DNA of 32,000 nucleotides from Cenarchaeum sp. (GCA_965206845.1 OZ242221.1:166690-198689), one strand, 5' to 3'; positions 17,859 to 26,548 are shown, counted from the stretch's first letter. Program-made: numbers and translations. The notes: generated from the sequence alone by a model not told the origin.

Positions 17859-19000
17859 GTATCACCGTATAGCCCCGTATCAGGATGAAATGACACCCAC
17901 TCGAACCAAAATCCCGGACTGAATCCGAGCCGTGGCAGCTGCTCGCCCTCAAGCGGGCCTGCCACCGCAAGACCGTCATAGCTCCACTCAGAGCCTGTGT
18001 CGGTATCCGTAAGCGTGCCGTCCCGATACACAAACTCTAGCACGTGGCCATCCACCGCGCGCTCAAACGCTCTAGCATTCTGCTCGTATGCAGAAACCAG
18101 CAGAACCGGCACCCCGGCAAAGTCGTCATTGATTGTGCCTGCGGCCTCCACGTCTGACTGCGTATACGCCTTGTAGCTCACGCCTGAACTAAATCCAAGT
18201 ATGATCTCCTTTGGGCCGAGTCGATCATCTCGATGAGCCACCGGGAATATGATCCGATCCGAAGCAAAGTACCTTTCGTAAGGGTCCACACCATACGCCC
18301 GACTGTGGCCCGTATCTGTAGTCAGGACGACGGTATCCGGGTGAAGATCCCTCCAGTCGCCCCATCTGATTACATCAAAGGGAACAATGTCCAGCTGTGC
18401 CCCGGTCAGCTCGCCTACCACCGCCTCCCCCAGGGCTTGGCTCCAGTAGCTGTCAGTCTGCCTGTCGTACATCAGCAGATTGCTATTGTACAGCTTGCCA
18501 GATACCCCAAACTCCAGAACCTGGCCGCCAGATGTCCTCTCAAAGACCTGGTTGGTATAGCACAGTGGGCAGTACGTCACTGATATCGGAACACCGCCCA
18601 CCACGTCATTGACGATCTCGTGCCATACCAGGATAAAGCTCGGATATGCCCTGGCTTCGCCGTTTATCGCAAGGCCAACCACCACATCAGAGTCGGACAT
18701 GAACTCAGCATCTACAGCGGCAAAGACAGGGTCATCTATTGACGGAATGCCGTCCTTGGGCGGTCCGCCACTGAGGATCCTATCCAAAGGGATCGTATGC
18801 CTTACTCCATCGGTAACCATCACAGGATCGGATTGTGGCTCCTCTACAGATTGTGGCTCGGTCTGGGGCTCCTCTACAGATTGTGGCTCGGTCTGGGGTT
18901 CCTCTGCAATCTGCGATCCCGCAAGGCCGTCGCTCAGAATAATCACAGCAAGTATTGCCACTGCTATCGCGCCTGCGGCCACATAATATTTAGAGTTCAA
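17855..19000 (-). CDS. DUF3179-family protein, membrane-anchored, with a tandem EEPQTEPQSV linker.
   Basis: 381-aa ORF with a TTG start and an N-terminal TM (YYVAAGAIAVAILAVIIL). GGPPKDGIPSIDDPVF, YPSFILVWHEIVND and VTYCPLCYT are the hallmark DUF3179 motifs as I recall them. Confidence 0.85.
   Translation of the reverse strand: MNSKYYVAAGAIAVAILAVIILSDGLAGSQIAEEPQTEPQSVEEPQTEPQSVEEPQSDPVMVTDGVRHTIPLDRILSGGPPKDGIPSIDDPVFAAVDAEFMSDSDVVVGLAINGEARAYPSFILVWHEIVNDVVGGVPISVTYCPLCYTNQVFERTSGGQVLEFGVSGKLYNSNLLMYDRQTDSYWSQALGEAVVGELTGAQLDIVPFDVIRWGDWRDLHPDTVVLTTDTGHSRAYGVDPYERYFASDRIIFPVAHRDDRLGPKEIILGFSSGVSYKAYTQSDVEAAGTINDDFAGVPVLLVSAYEQNARAFERAVDGHVLEFVYRDGTLTDTDTGSEWSYDGLAVAGPLEGEQLPRLGFSPGFWFEWVSFHPDTGLYGDT
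18841..18900. repeat. 30-nt tandem duplication (two full copies plus partial flanks) encoding the EEPQTEPQSV linker.
   Basis: cctctacagattgtggctcggtctggggct (18841-18870) and cctctacagattgtggctcggtctggggtt (18871-18900) differ by one nucleotide. Confidence 0.9.
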
Positions 19001-19020
19001 ACATGTGTCATGTCGCAGAA

Positions 19021-19032
19021 AATTATTAAAAA
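19021..19032 (-). promoter_or_regulatory. TATA box (TTTTTAATAATT on the minus strand) for the DUF3179 gene.
   Basis: Centred about 26 nt upstream of the TTG start at 19000, in the 45-nt gap after the DHH gene. Confidence 0.4.
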
Positions 19033-19045
19033 GTTATTTCCACAT

Positions 19046-20059
19046 CTAGTCCAGTTCCTTATTGAGCGCCCGGATAAACTTGCCCATCTGCTTCTTTGGA
19101 ATCACGGCACCGCAGGCCCTGTCGTGTCCACCGCCAGATCCGCCCACCATGGACGCAAGCCGGTTTGTCAGCTTTCCCAGATGCGTGGTGCAGGATTTTG
19201 AGCCGCGTATGGACACTGCATAGATGCCATAGTCCACCCTCTCCTTGTATGCGATCCCCACATCCTTTCCCGAAAGCCCTAGAACAAAGTTTACCGCACC
19301 ACTGGCGCCGGCATCTGTAATCTCCATGTACCCTAGGTTCCGCATCGTTTTTAGCTCCTCCTTTACCTGGGCAAATACCTGTGCCAGCTTCTCCACCTGT
19401 ACCTGAGCAAACTCGAATGCATTTGGGATGTTGTGCGGATATTTGGAGTCAGCCAGCTCGTCAACTAGGTACAGCAAGTAGTCAGGATCCCTCTGGTGGC
19501 CCACGATGTTGTACGTGAGAACGGTGGCGTTGATCAGCGCAAACTGCCTGTCAAAGATCTGCAAAAGACATGATCCCTGCGGCCTGTCCTCCATATAATC
19601 GGTTATTGCGGCGCATGCGGCGATAAATGCGGAGTGATCCGAGAGTTTGGATTTGAACTTGCCGTACACCTGCACTGTCGTGCATTCGTTTATGTCGTGT
19701 ATCATCTTCACATTGATCCCCACTAGAGCCTCTGCTATTGTGGGATCGATATCATGGTGATCAATATAGGTCACCACAACATGCCTCTTCCGCAGCGCCG
19801 TCAGGATCTCCACAAAACGGTCCTGGTTCTTCCTGCTCAGGCCTAGATCACATATGAACAGGCGCTTCAGCTCCATGTCTTCGGCGATCTCCTCAAGGGT
19901 CGCCATCTGCCCCGGATAGTCCACCAAGACAGAGTCTCCCCCGAATGCCTCCCGAATCAGCGCCGCAGAGCATATGCCGTCGGCATCCTCCTTGTGTGAG
20001 AGACAGACCGTCTTTGTCTTGATTGGTTTTGCTTCGGATGTCACGCTCATACGGTTCAT
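19046..20059 (-). CDS. DHH/DHHA1-family phosphoesterase (NrnA/RecJ-like).
   Basis: SHKEDADGICSA (DHH motif I), FICDLG, YIDHHD (DHH motif) and GGSGGGHDRACGA (DHHA1 GGGH motif). The longest ORF (to 20284) has an unlikely Arg/Cys-rich leader. TAAATTTAAAT at 20075-20085 favours a start at the ATG at 20059 or 20050. Confidence 0.88.
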   Translation of the reverse strand: MNRMSVTSEAKPIKTKTVCLSHKEDADGICSAALIREAFGGDSVLVDYPGQMATLEEIAEDMELKRLFICDLGLSRKNQDRFVEILTALRKRHVVVTYIDHHDIDPTIAEALVGINVKMIHDINECTTVQVYGKFKSKLSDHSAFIAACAAITDYMEDRPQGSCLLQIFDRQFALINATVLTYNIVGHQRDPDYLLYLVDELADSKYPHNIPNAFEFAQVQVEKLAQVFAQVKEELKTMRNLGYMEITDAGASGAVNFVLGLSGKDVGIAYKERVDYGIYAVSIRGSKSCTTHLGKLTNRLASMVGGSGGGHDRACGAVIPKKQMGKFIRALNKELD

Positions 20060-20234
20060 CCCGAGATCAGCCTCATTTAAATTTAGAATGGCCGTGCGGC
20101 AAGTCCCCCATACCCGCACCAAGCCCGCCGCGAGTAGCCTGCCCATATGGGACAGGCAAGTAAGATCTGCAGTTGGTTCCTCCTGGCCATCACGGCGCCG
20201 CCCGCATGGATGGAGACATGCTGCACCTGCCGGA

Positions 20235-20471
20235 TCACGTTCTGCGTTCCTGTACCGATGAAAAGCCAGGTTGCACAAATCCACGGGTATAGTTGACCTT
20301 CTGAAGTCCGGACCGCTTCAAGCCGGAGCCATCTACGAGTTTGATGCCTTCAAGCGTAATGTCGGCGGCTGCGACCCCCCGGCAGCCGCAACTCCTGCAG
20401 GTTGCAGTACAGGGAGAAGAGATCCTATCCGGTCCTCTGGTCGTGCGGGTGAGCTGTGCAGTATAGTGCAT
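20235..20471 (-). CDS. Possible small Cys-cluster protein (78 aa), uncertain.
   Basis: The ORF contains C-x3-C-x2-C-x-C (PCTATCRSCGC) followed by ITLEGIKLVDGSGLKRSGLQKVNYTRGF. No family recognised. A 120-aa ORF on the opposite strand overlaps it, so coding status is unresolved. Confidence 0.3.
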   Translation of the reverse strand: MHYTAQLTRTTRGPDRISSPCTATCRSCGCRGVAAADITLEGIKLVDGSGLKRSGLQKVNYTRGFVQPGFSSVQERRT

Positions 20472-20522
20472 CCTGAACCATACCTACAAGCACTTCAAAC
20501 TCGGGCAGATGCCACGCGCATA

Positions 20523-20690
20523 TTAGGATATGACCCGACGACCCTTGTAGTTTGCCCAGGTGTCGCAAAACGACACCCCGTTGAGTTGCTCCCGGCGATC
20601 CAGATCCTGGATCTTTTTCAGCTCTGCCGGTGACGCGTCAAGTATCATCCTGTCAATCTTCCTTAACAGATCCCGTTCTAGCATCAGCAT
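20523..20690 (-). CDS. Possible small protein (55 aa), below the ORF-track cutoff.
   Basis: Hand translation from the ATG at 20690: MLMLERDLLRKIDRMILDASPAELKKIQDLDRREQLNGVSFCDTWANYKGRRVIS, with a stop at 20523-20525. TTAATTAC lies about 25-30 nt upstream. Composition is protein-like. Confidence 0.35.
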   Translation of the reverse strand: MLMLERDLLRKIDRMILDASPAELKKIQDLDRREQLNGVSFCDTWANYKGRRVIS

Positions 20691-21017
20691 TGCTTAAGAG
20701 TGCGATCTGTAATTAAGCCAGTGTGAAGTTGTTATTTTAGACACAATACTCAATTAATCCTAATTGTGGTGCCCCCCACGAAATCTGCCAAGAACGGCGC
20801 CATACTATCCCCGCAGGGAGTGGCTCGCATGGATGCCCTCGCAGCGCCGAGCCTGTGCTCATAGGCAGATATGACAGTCAGGCAGCGCCGGCGGTACGCC
20901 CTCAGGCTCCTCCCTGCCTGCTTCCTCTGCCCCGTCCCGGAGCGCTCCCAATGCCGGCCAAGCCTGCGATCCTGGGTATTGGTGGCGACTTGGCTGAGAC
21001 GCCACATGTCCGTTCAA

Positions 21018-21026
21018 GTTATAATG
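21018..21026 (+). promoter_or_regulatory. TATA box (GTTATAATG) for citrate synthase.
   Basis: Centred about 27 nt upstream of the ATG at 21049. Confidence 0.4.
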
Positions 21027-21048
21027 TCCCGATGCGATATACCCACAA

Positions 21049-22215
21049 ATGGATACCAAGAACATCGGCCTGCGCGGAATAGAGGTTGCCGACACCAGGA
21101 TCTCAAACATTGACGGCAAGCAAGGCAGGCTGATCTATCGCGGGTATGACATCCTGGATCTGACCAAGAACTCCAGCTTTGAGGAGACGGCGTTTCTGCT
21201 GCTCCATGACGACCTACCATCAAAGCTTGAGTACAGGGACTTTGTAGGCCGCCTCAATGGTGCCCGGTGGATTCCGAGGCGCATGCAGATCAACATGGGA
21301 AACTGGAGAAAGGACGCAGACCCAATGGATATGCTACAGGCATTCGTGGCAGCACTAGCAGGCTACTACGACGAGGAGTTCTCCACCAAGGAAGCAAGCT
21401 ATGACCGCGCCATCAACCTAATTGCCAAGGTGTCGACCATTGTGGCTAGCTGGCAGAGAATAAGAAACGGTCTGCCCCTAGTGGATCCGGATCCCAGTCT
21501 CAGCCATGCAGCAAACTTTCTACACATGCTCACAGGTGAAAAACCCGATGACGAGACCGCAAAGATATTTGACGTGTGCCTGATTCTTCACGCAGAGCAC
21601 ACGTTTAACGCATCGACGTTTACGGCAAGGCAGGTGGCATCAACTCGGGCCCACATGTACTCAGCGGCCAGCGCAGCCATCGGCGCCCTCAGCGGCGAGC
21701 TCCATGGAGGAGCAAACTACGAGGTGATGAAGATGCTTCAGGACATCGGCACCATGGACAAGGTGGAGCCGTGGATCAACCGCAACATAGACATGGGCAA
21801 GAAGATCATGGGTATGGGCCACGCAGTATACAGGACACACGATCCCAGGGCCGTGATACTCAAGGAGATGTCCCGCAAGCTTGCATCAAAGCTGAACGAG
21901 CCGTGGTTTGACATAACAGAGAGAGTCGAGCAGATCACTCAAAAAGAGATGGCGCACCGTAAGAACATCAGCATGTATCCCAACGTCGACTTGTACAGCG
22001 CATCAGTCTACTACATGCTGGACATTCCCACAGATCTCAACACGCCCATATTTGCAATATCCCGGTGTGTGGGATGGGCTGCCCACATCATAGAGGAGAA
22101 GTTTGCCGAGGCGGCTCCCAAGCCGGCGCTGTACCGACCAAAGGCCACCTACGTCGGCAAGTACTGCGGGCCGGAGGGCTGCGAGTACAAGCCGCTGAAC
22201 CTGCGGGCAGACTAG
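21049..22215 (+). CDS. gltA: Citrate synthase.
   Basis: 388-aa ORF. GLRGIEVADTRISNIDGKQGRLIYRGYDI, ILHAEHTFNAST and GMGHAVYRTHDPRA are classic citrate synthase motifs. Confidence 0.93.
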   Translation: MDTKNIGLRGIEVADTRISNIDGKQGRLIYRGYDILDLTKNSSFEETAFLLLHDDLPSKLEYRDFVGRLNGARWIPRRMQINMGNWRKDADPMDMLQAFVAALAGYYDEEFSTKEASYDRAINLIAKVSTIVASWQRIRNGLPLVDPDPSLSHAANFLHMLTGEKPDDETAKIFDVCLILHAEHTFNASTFTARQVASTRAHMYSAASAAIGALSGELHGGANYEVMKMLQDIGTMDKVEPWINRNIDMGKKIMGMGHAVYRTHDPRAVILKEMSRKLASKLNEPWFDITERVEQITQKEMAHRKNISMYPNVDLYSASVYYMLDIPTDLNTPIFAISRCVGWAAHIIEEKFAEAAPKPALYRPKATYVGKYCGPEGCEYKPLNLRAD

Positions 22216-22418
22216 TTTCTAAAATGATCCTGGCCCACGGACCCGGGCGTCCTGTCGGCGTTGTACAGCACGTCAAATACTGCGTCATAAAACGAGATGC
22301 CCTTCTCCCGGGCCTGGTCGTCAAGCCACCTTATCCCGTCGGCCAGTTCCCTGTCTCTCTCAGCCGACTGCACCAGCTCGTCTACTACACTCGTAAAGAA
22401 GGCGCCGGGCTTGATCAT
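22212..22418 (-). CDS. Small hypothetical protein (68 aa).
   Basis: The ORF is 22212..22556. Internal Met 47 gives MIKPGAFFTSVVDELVQSAERDRELADGIRWLDDQAREKGISFYDAVFDVLYNADR..., which is protein-like. The upstream 46 codons cover an AT-rich promoter-like region. Confidence 0.5.
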   Translation of the reverse strand: MIKPGAFFTSVVDELVQSAERDRELADGIRWLDDQAREKGISFYDAVFDVLYNADRTPGSVGQDHFRN

Positions 22419-22501
22419 GGTACAATCTGTACGGGTCTGATCATAAAGATAGAATTCAAAATAAATAAACAAAGTAGGTAGTTTTTTAGAGCCACGTTGG
22501 A

Positions 22502-22969
22502 GTGTCGCAGTCAGAGGGTCGATTGTTATATAGACAGTCAGGCAACCACGATGCATTGGAGCACAGGCTGTACTTTGACGGGGATACGGATGGAATCGCG
22601 TGGTGCCTCGAAGGCAATTCCGGGAGCTGCCAGGTCAGGAAGCATGCGGGGATATACCTTGGCAGGGTAGCAGACGAGCAGTCGCGATACATTGCTCTGC
22701 ATGTGGGAATCTTCTGGTGCATAGGAACGTCCAGGATCAAGAACTCTGATGCGGTCCGTGTCATGATCACGTCTAAGACCATGTTTGATCACTTGGGGCG
22801 CGGCAGACCCCCTGCGGATCCCTTTATCGCAACCAGGACTGCGTTTATTGATCAGATGGTGCGGCAACGGGGCCTGAAGGTATCATACCATCTGACCCCA
22901 TCATGCCCTGCAACTGCGCTTCTCCGGGACATCAGGCTACATTCCGACCAAGGCACGCCGGCCACATAG
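22502..22969 (+). CDS. Hypothetical protein, possibly a degenerate RNase H-like fold.
   Basis: 155-aa ORF with a GTG start. LYFDGDTDGIAWCL..., EQSRYIALHVGIFW..., VRVMITSKTMFDHL and VSYHLTP loosely follow the order of archaeal RNase HI motifs (FDG / E / DS / vP..N..AD). The 3rd and 4th acidic residues appear to be missing. Competing minus-strand ORFs look non-protein-like. Confidence 0.45.
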   Translation: MSQSEGRLLYRQSGNHDALEHRLYFDGDTDGIAWCLEGNSGSCQVRKHAGIYLGRVADEQSRYIALHVGIFWCIGTSRIKNSDAVRVMITSKTMFDHLGRGRPPADPFIATRTAFIDQMVRQRGLKVSYHLTPSCPATALLRDIRLHSDQGTPAT

Positions 22970-22988
22970 CCCGCACAGTCCAGCCGTG

Positions 22989-24254
22989 CTACGTGAGAAC
23001 TAGGCCGATATCCATCAGGTTTGTTCCGGTGTGTCCCGTGAGGACAAGTCCGCCATGTCTTTTGAAGAACGAATGCGAGTCGCTGTTTTTGAGCAGTCCG
23101 TCCACGTACATCACGTCGATCTCAAAGTTCTTCATGACCGCCCCCGCATACGGTGTGCTGCCGTCGATCCCGTCGGTTCCAATCGAGGCTGCAACCATCC
23201 TGCGGCCGCGGCTCCTGTCATCACGCAGTATGCGCAGCACGAGCTCCTGGTTGCGCCCCCCGGCCCCGCTTCCCTGCACGCGAACAGTCGTCTCGCCACC
23301 AAATATGATGCACCTCCCTCTACCGGACACCATTCCGGCGATCTTGCCTGCCGCGGCAGCCACATCCCCGGACATTCTACAGATGGTAGCAGCATGCCCC
23401 AGATCCTGCGCCCTGCGGGCCATGGCTGCGAGGCAGTCCTGGTTTGACGCGATTATCTGGTTTGGGATCACGGGCGCGCTCGGCATCTCTGGAATGCCGC
23501 CTGCGGCGCCGGTCTCCAGCCTCCGGTATACCGATGACGGCACCGTACCTGCTGGATCATACCTTCGGACTATTCTGAGCGCATCGCCAAAGGTCGAGCC
23601 ATCACAGTACGTGGTACCTGACGCAATGGAGGAGAGGTCGTCCCCCGGCACGTCAGACATTATCAGGGATGCGGCGCCGCACCGCATACCCGACACCAGC
23701 TGCCCCCCCTTGATTCCAGAGAGGTGCTTACGGACGCAGTTGAGCTGGTGTATCGGTGCGCCCGACTCCAGGAGCAGCCGGCTGACGAATCTCTTCTCCT
23801 CCAGTGAGATCCCGGCCGGCTGGCACAGGAGAGACGATGACCCCCCGGAGACCAGAAACACGACAAAGTCAGAACTGCTCCTGCGGGCCAGAAACCTGGC
23901 CACCTCCAAGGCCGCATCAACACTGGATTGATCCGGGACCGGGTGTGATGCCCTTACAGTACGCAGCGATCCTGCACCATCAGCCCCATGGGGGACCACT
24001 ACTATTCCACCGGAGACGTCCAGTATGTCACAGGTCGCGTTTGCCATCAGTCCGGCGGCCTTGCCAAATGCCACGACCTGCACGTTGCGTCCCGCAAGGC
24101 TTACCTGCCTGCCGTCTGCACGAATCGCATCCCTCCCTACGAACCGCCGCACCGCAGAGCCTGGCAGAGCGGCGCCCAGGCCGGCTTGCAGTATCTCCAG
24201 CGCCAGACGACAGTCCGCGTCGGCTGTCAGCTCCCCAAGGTTGCGGATCAACAC
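22989..24254 (-). CDS. Glycerate 2-kinase / hydroxypyruvate reductase-like protein (DUF4147 + MOFRL family).
   Basis: 421-aa ORF with a GTG start. VVAFGKAAGLMA, FLVSGGSSSL, KHLSGIKGG, IFGGETTVRVQGSGAGGRNQE, GTDGIDG and TGHTGTNLMDI match the MOFRL-type glycerate kinase pattern. Confidence 0.88.
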   Translation of the reverse strand: MLIRNLGELTADADCRLALEILQAGLGAALPGSAVRRFVGRDAIRADGRQVSLAGRNVQVVAFGKAAGLMANATCDILDVSGGIVVVPHGADGAGSLRTVRASHPVPDQSSVDAALEVARFLARRSSSDFVVFLVSGGSSSLLCQPAGISLEEKRFVSRLLLESGAPIHQLNCVRKHLSGIKGGQLVSGMRCGAASLIMSDVPGDDLSSIASGTTYCDGSTFGDALRIVRRYDPAGTVPSSVYRRLETGAAGGIPEMPSAPVIPNQIIASNQDCLAAMARRAQDLGHAATICRMSGDVAAAAGKIAGMVSGRGRCIIFGGETTVRVQGSGAGGRNQELVLRILRDDRSRGRRMVAASIGTDGIDGSTPYAGAVMKNFEIDVMYVDGLLKNSDSHSFFKRHGGLVLTGHTGTNLMDIGLVLT

Positions 24255-24280
24255 GGATGGTACCGACTCAAGATATAATA

Positions 24281-25249
24281 ATGCTAGAAGATTCCAACCA
24301 ACCCATGCACACGGTGCGCATTCCCAGCGTCATCAAGTTCGGCCAAGACGCGCTGGGCCAGACAAAATACCCCAAAAACGCGCTGGTCGTAACCACCGCC
24401 CAACCCAGCCTGTCAGACAAGTGGCTTGGGAAGATGGGAATCAAAGACTACATGCTCTTTGACACGGTCACGCCGGAACCGTCCATCGACGACGTAAACG
24501 CCGTAATCTCCGAGTACAGCTCAAAGAACCCTTCGGTTATCATCGGGCTGGGAGGAGGAAGTTCCATGGATGTAGTAAAGTACGCCGCACCAGAGATGGG
24601 CAAGAAGAAGATTCTCATTCCAACCACCTTTGGCACCGGTGCCGAGATGACCACCTACTGTGTGCTCAAGTTTGACGGAAAGAAGAAGCTGCTCCGCGAG
24701 GACAGGTTTCTGGCCGACATGGCAGTAGTGGACTCGTACTTTATGAACGGAACACCGCAGCAGATCATCAGCAACTCCGTATGCGATGCCTGCGCCCAGG
24801 CCACCGAAGGGTACGACAGCGGGCTTGGCAACGACTTTACAAGAACCCTCTGCGAGAAGGCCTTTGGCATACTGTACGACGCAATCATGAACGACCACAC
24901 CGAGAACTATCCCTACGGCTCGATGCTGTCAGGCATGGGATTTGGAAACTGCTCCACCACACTGGGACACGCGCTCTCCTACGTGTTCTCAAACGAGGGG
25001 GTTCCCCACGGGTACTCACTGTCCTCATGCACCACGGTGGCGCACAAATTCAACAAGTCAAAGTTCTACGACCGCTTCAAGGAGATCACAGAGAAGCTGG
25101 GCTTTGAGAGGCTCAAGCTTGCAGCAGACGTCTCTGAGGCAGCAAGCGTAGTGATGACTGATCGCGGCCACCTTGATCCAAACCCCCTGCCGGTAACAAA
25201 GCAGGACGTGATCAAGTGCCTTGAGGACATCAAGGCAGGAAACCTATAG
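24281..25249 (+). CDS. Iron-containing alcohol dehydrogenase family oxidoreductase (short form, 322 aa).
   Basis: GLGGGSSMDVVKY (the GGGSxxD nucleotide-binding motif), IPTTFGTGAEMT and LGHALSY...GVPHG (metal-binding His cluster). The track ORF (23804..) has a 159-aa Pro/Arg-rich leader antisense to the glycerate kinase gene. The real start is the ATG at 24281, or at 24305, which lies about 25-30 nt after ATATAATAA. Confidence 0.85.
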   Translation: MLEDSNQPMHTVRIPSVIKFGQDALGQTKYPKNALVVTTAQPSLSDKWLGKMGIKDYMLFDTVTPEPSIDDVNAVISEYSSKNPSVIIGLGGGSSMDVVKYAAPEMGKKKILIPTTFGTGAEMTTYCVLKFDGKKKLLREDRFLADMAVVDSYFMNGTPQQIISNSVCDACAQATEGYDSGLGNDFTRTLCEKAFGILYDAIMNDHTENYPYGSMLSGMGFGNCSTTLGHALSYVFSNEGVPHGYSLSSCTTVAHKFNKSKFYDRFKEITEKLGFERLKLAADVSEAASVVMTDRGHLDPNPLPVTKQDVIKCLEDIKAGNL

Positions 25250-25450
25250 GACGGCACTCGCGCCGGCCTTGTCGCATATCTAGTAGCTTTCAGAAGGAGG
25301 AACTCCATAATACACTGCGGGTCGGGTTGTCATAACCTCTGTCTCCCTGTTGATCCGCCCCAGCCTGGATCCTCAAAGGCGCATTTAGTAAGATAAGGGA
25401 CAAGACTATACTTATTATCTTCCAGATATTACACCACATGTAGAAAACAG

Positions 25451-26530
25451 ATGAGCGAGATAAAGTTTGGAATACAGAACGGCCTCAATGTGGCTAGGGC
25501 AGGTTACACAGAAGATCAAATCCTAACTGCCTGCAGGCTGGCAGACACAACAGGGTACGACTCGGTATTCTACATGGATCACACTAACGTGCCACAGTGG
25601 AAGAAGGCCACGGTTCTTGACCCATGGGTCATGCTGTCTGCCATAGCGGCAGTAACGGACAAAGTGGAGATTGGAACGTGTGTGACTGATGCCATCAGGA
25701 GGCACCCGTCAAACATCGCACTAGCAACCGTCACACTGGACAGAATCTCCAAGGGAAGGGCGATCCTCGGAATAGGCGCCGGCGAGGCCCAGAACCTCAA
25801 GGAGTTCTGCATTCCGTTTGAGAAGCCGGTCTCAAAATGGGAGGAGCAGATCCAGGTCATCAAGGCGCTGTACGGTTCCTCGCCGGACAACACGGTAGAC
25901 TTTGACGGCAAGTATTATCAGCTAAACGGGGCATGCCTGCAGGCCGAATCCGTAAGACAGCCATACCCGCCCATATACATGGCATCGGGAGGCTCGCGGA
26001 CGCTGCGGTTGACCGGCAAGTACGGCAACGGCTGGCTGCCCATAGGATACACGCCGGAGCTCTTCAAGGATCACGCGGCCCAGATCAAAAAATCCATGAA
26101 GGACAACGACAGGACGCAGGAAGACAGGGACAACTTTCAGTTTGCGCTGGACGTCGATGTGTATTTTTCAGAGGACGCAGAGGAGTCTTGGGCAAGAATG
26201 AAGGAGGCCGTAAAGGTGAGTCTCTTCAAGTCCGAGATTCTCAGGGTCCACCACCTCAAGGAACTGGAGGGCTTTGACTTTAGAAAGTACTTTACCGAGT
26301 ACTCGATGTCAGACGCCAGCTGGATTGTGGAGATGAGAAAGGCCGCAACAAAGATCCCCGACAGTGTGGCCCGCTCCTCGACTGCCATCGGCACGCCCGA
26401 GGACATGATCCCCATATTTGAGAGGTTCAAGGAGGCAGGCGTCAACCACTTTGTGGTCAGGTTCTGGGGCAAGAACTACTTTGGGAGCATAGACAGGTTC
26501 TCAAGCCAGGTAATGCCACACATCAGGTAG
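25451..26530 (+). CDS. Luciferase-like monooxygenase (LLM) family, probable F420-dependent oxidoreductase.
   Basis: 359-aa ORF. IKFGIQ..., GYDSVFYMDH, RRHPSNIALATVTLDRISKGRAILGIGAGE and IYMASGGSRTLRLTGKYGNGWLP are typical of LLM and Mer-like enzymes. Confidence 0.85.
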   Translation: MSEIKFGIQNGLNVARAGYTEDQILTACRLADTTGYDSVFYMDHTNVPQWKKATVLDPWVMLSAIAAVTDKVEIGTCVTDAIRRHPSNIALATVTLDRISKGRAILGIGAGEAQNLKEFCIPFEKPVSKWEEQIQVIKALYGSSPDNTVDFDGKYYQLNGACLQAESVRQPYPPIYMASGGSRTLRLTGKYGNGWLPIGYTPELFKDHAAQIKKSMKDNDRTQEDRDNFQFALDVDVYFSEDAEESWARMKEAVKVSLFKSEILRVHHLKELEGFDFRKYFTEYSMSDASWIVEMRKAATKIPDSVARSSTAIGTPEDMIPIFERFKEAGVNHFVVRFWGKNYFGSIDRFSSQVMPHIR

Positions 26531-26548
26531 GCGCCAACTCGTGCGGCG

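Noticed and set aside
20300-20520. Plus-strand motif order vaguely resembling RNase P RNA: GAAGUCCGGAC, then CGUAAUGUC, GCAGUACAGGGAGAAG, GCGGGUGAGC and CAAACUCGGGCAGA.
   Set aside because: The CR-I-like element lacks one of the conserved A residues (GAAGUCC versus GAAAGUCC). I could not find a downstream CCGGCUU-type partner to form P4, nor convincing P1-P3 helices. It is therefore treated as chance similarity. A cmsearch with the archaeal RNase P model would settle the question.
23804-24280. 159-codon N-terminal extension of the Fe-ADH ORF, and the 342-aa plus-strand ORF 22903..23931.
   Set aside because: Both are antisense to the glycerate kinase gene and extremely Pro/Arg/Ser-rich. Recognisable ADH sequence starts only at the ATG at 24281, after a TATA-like box.
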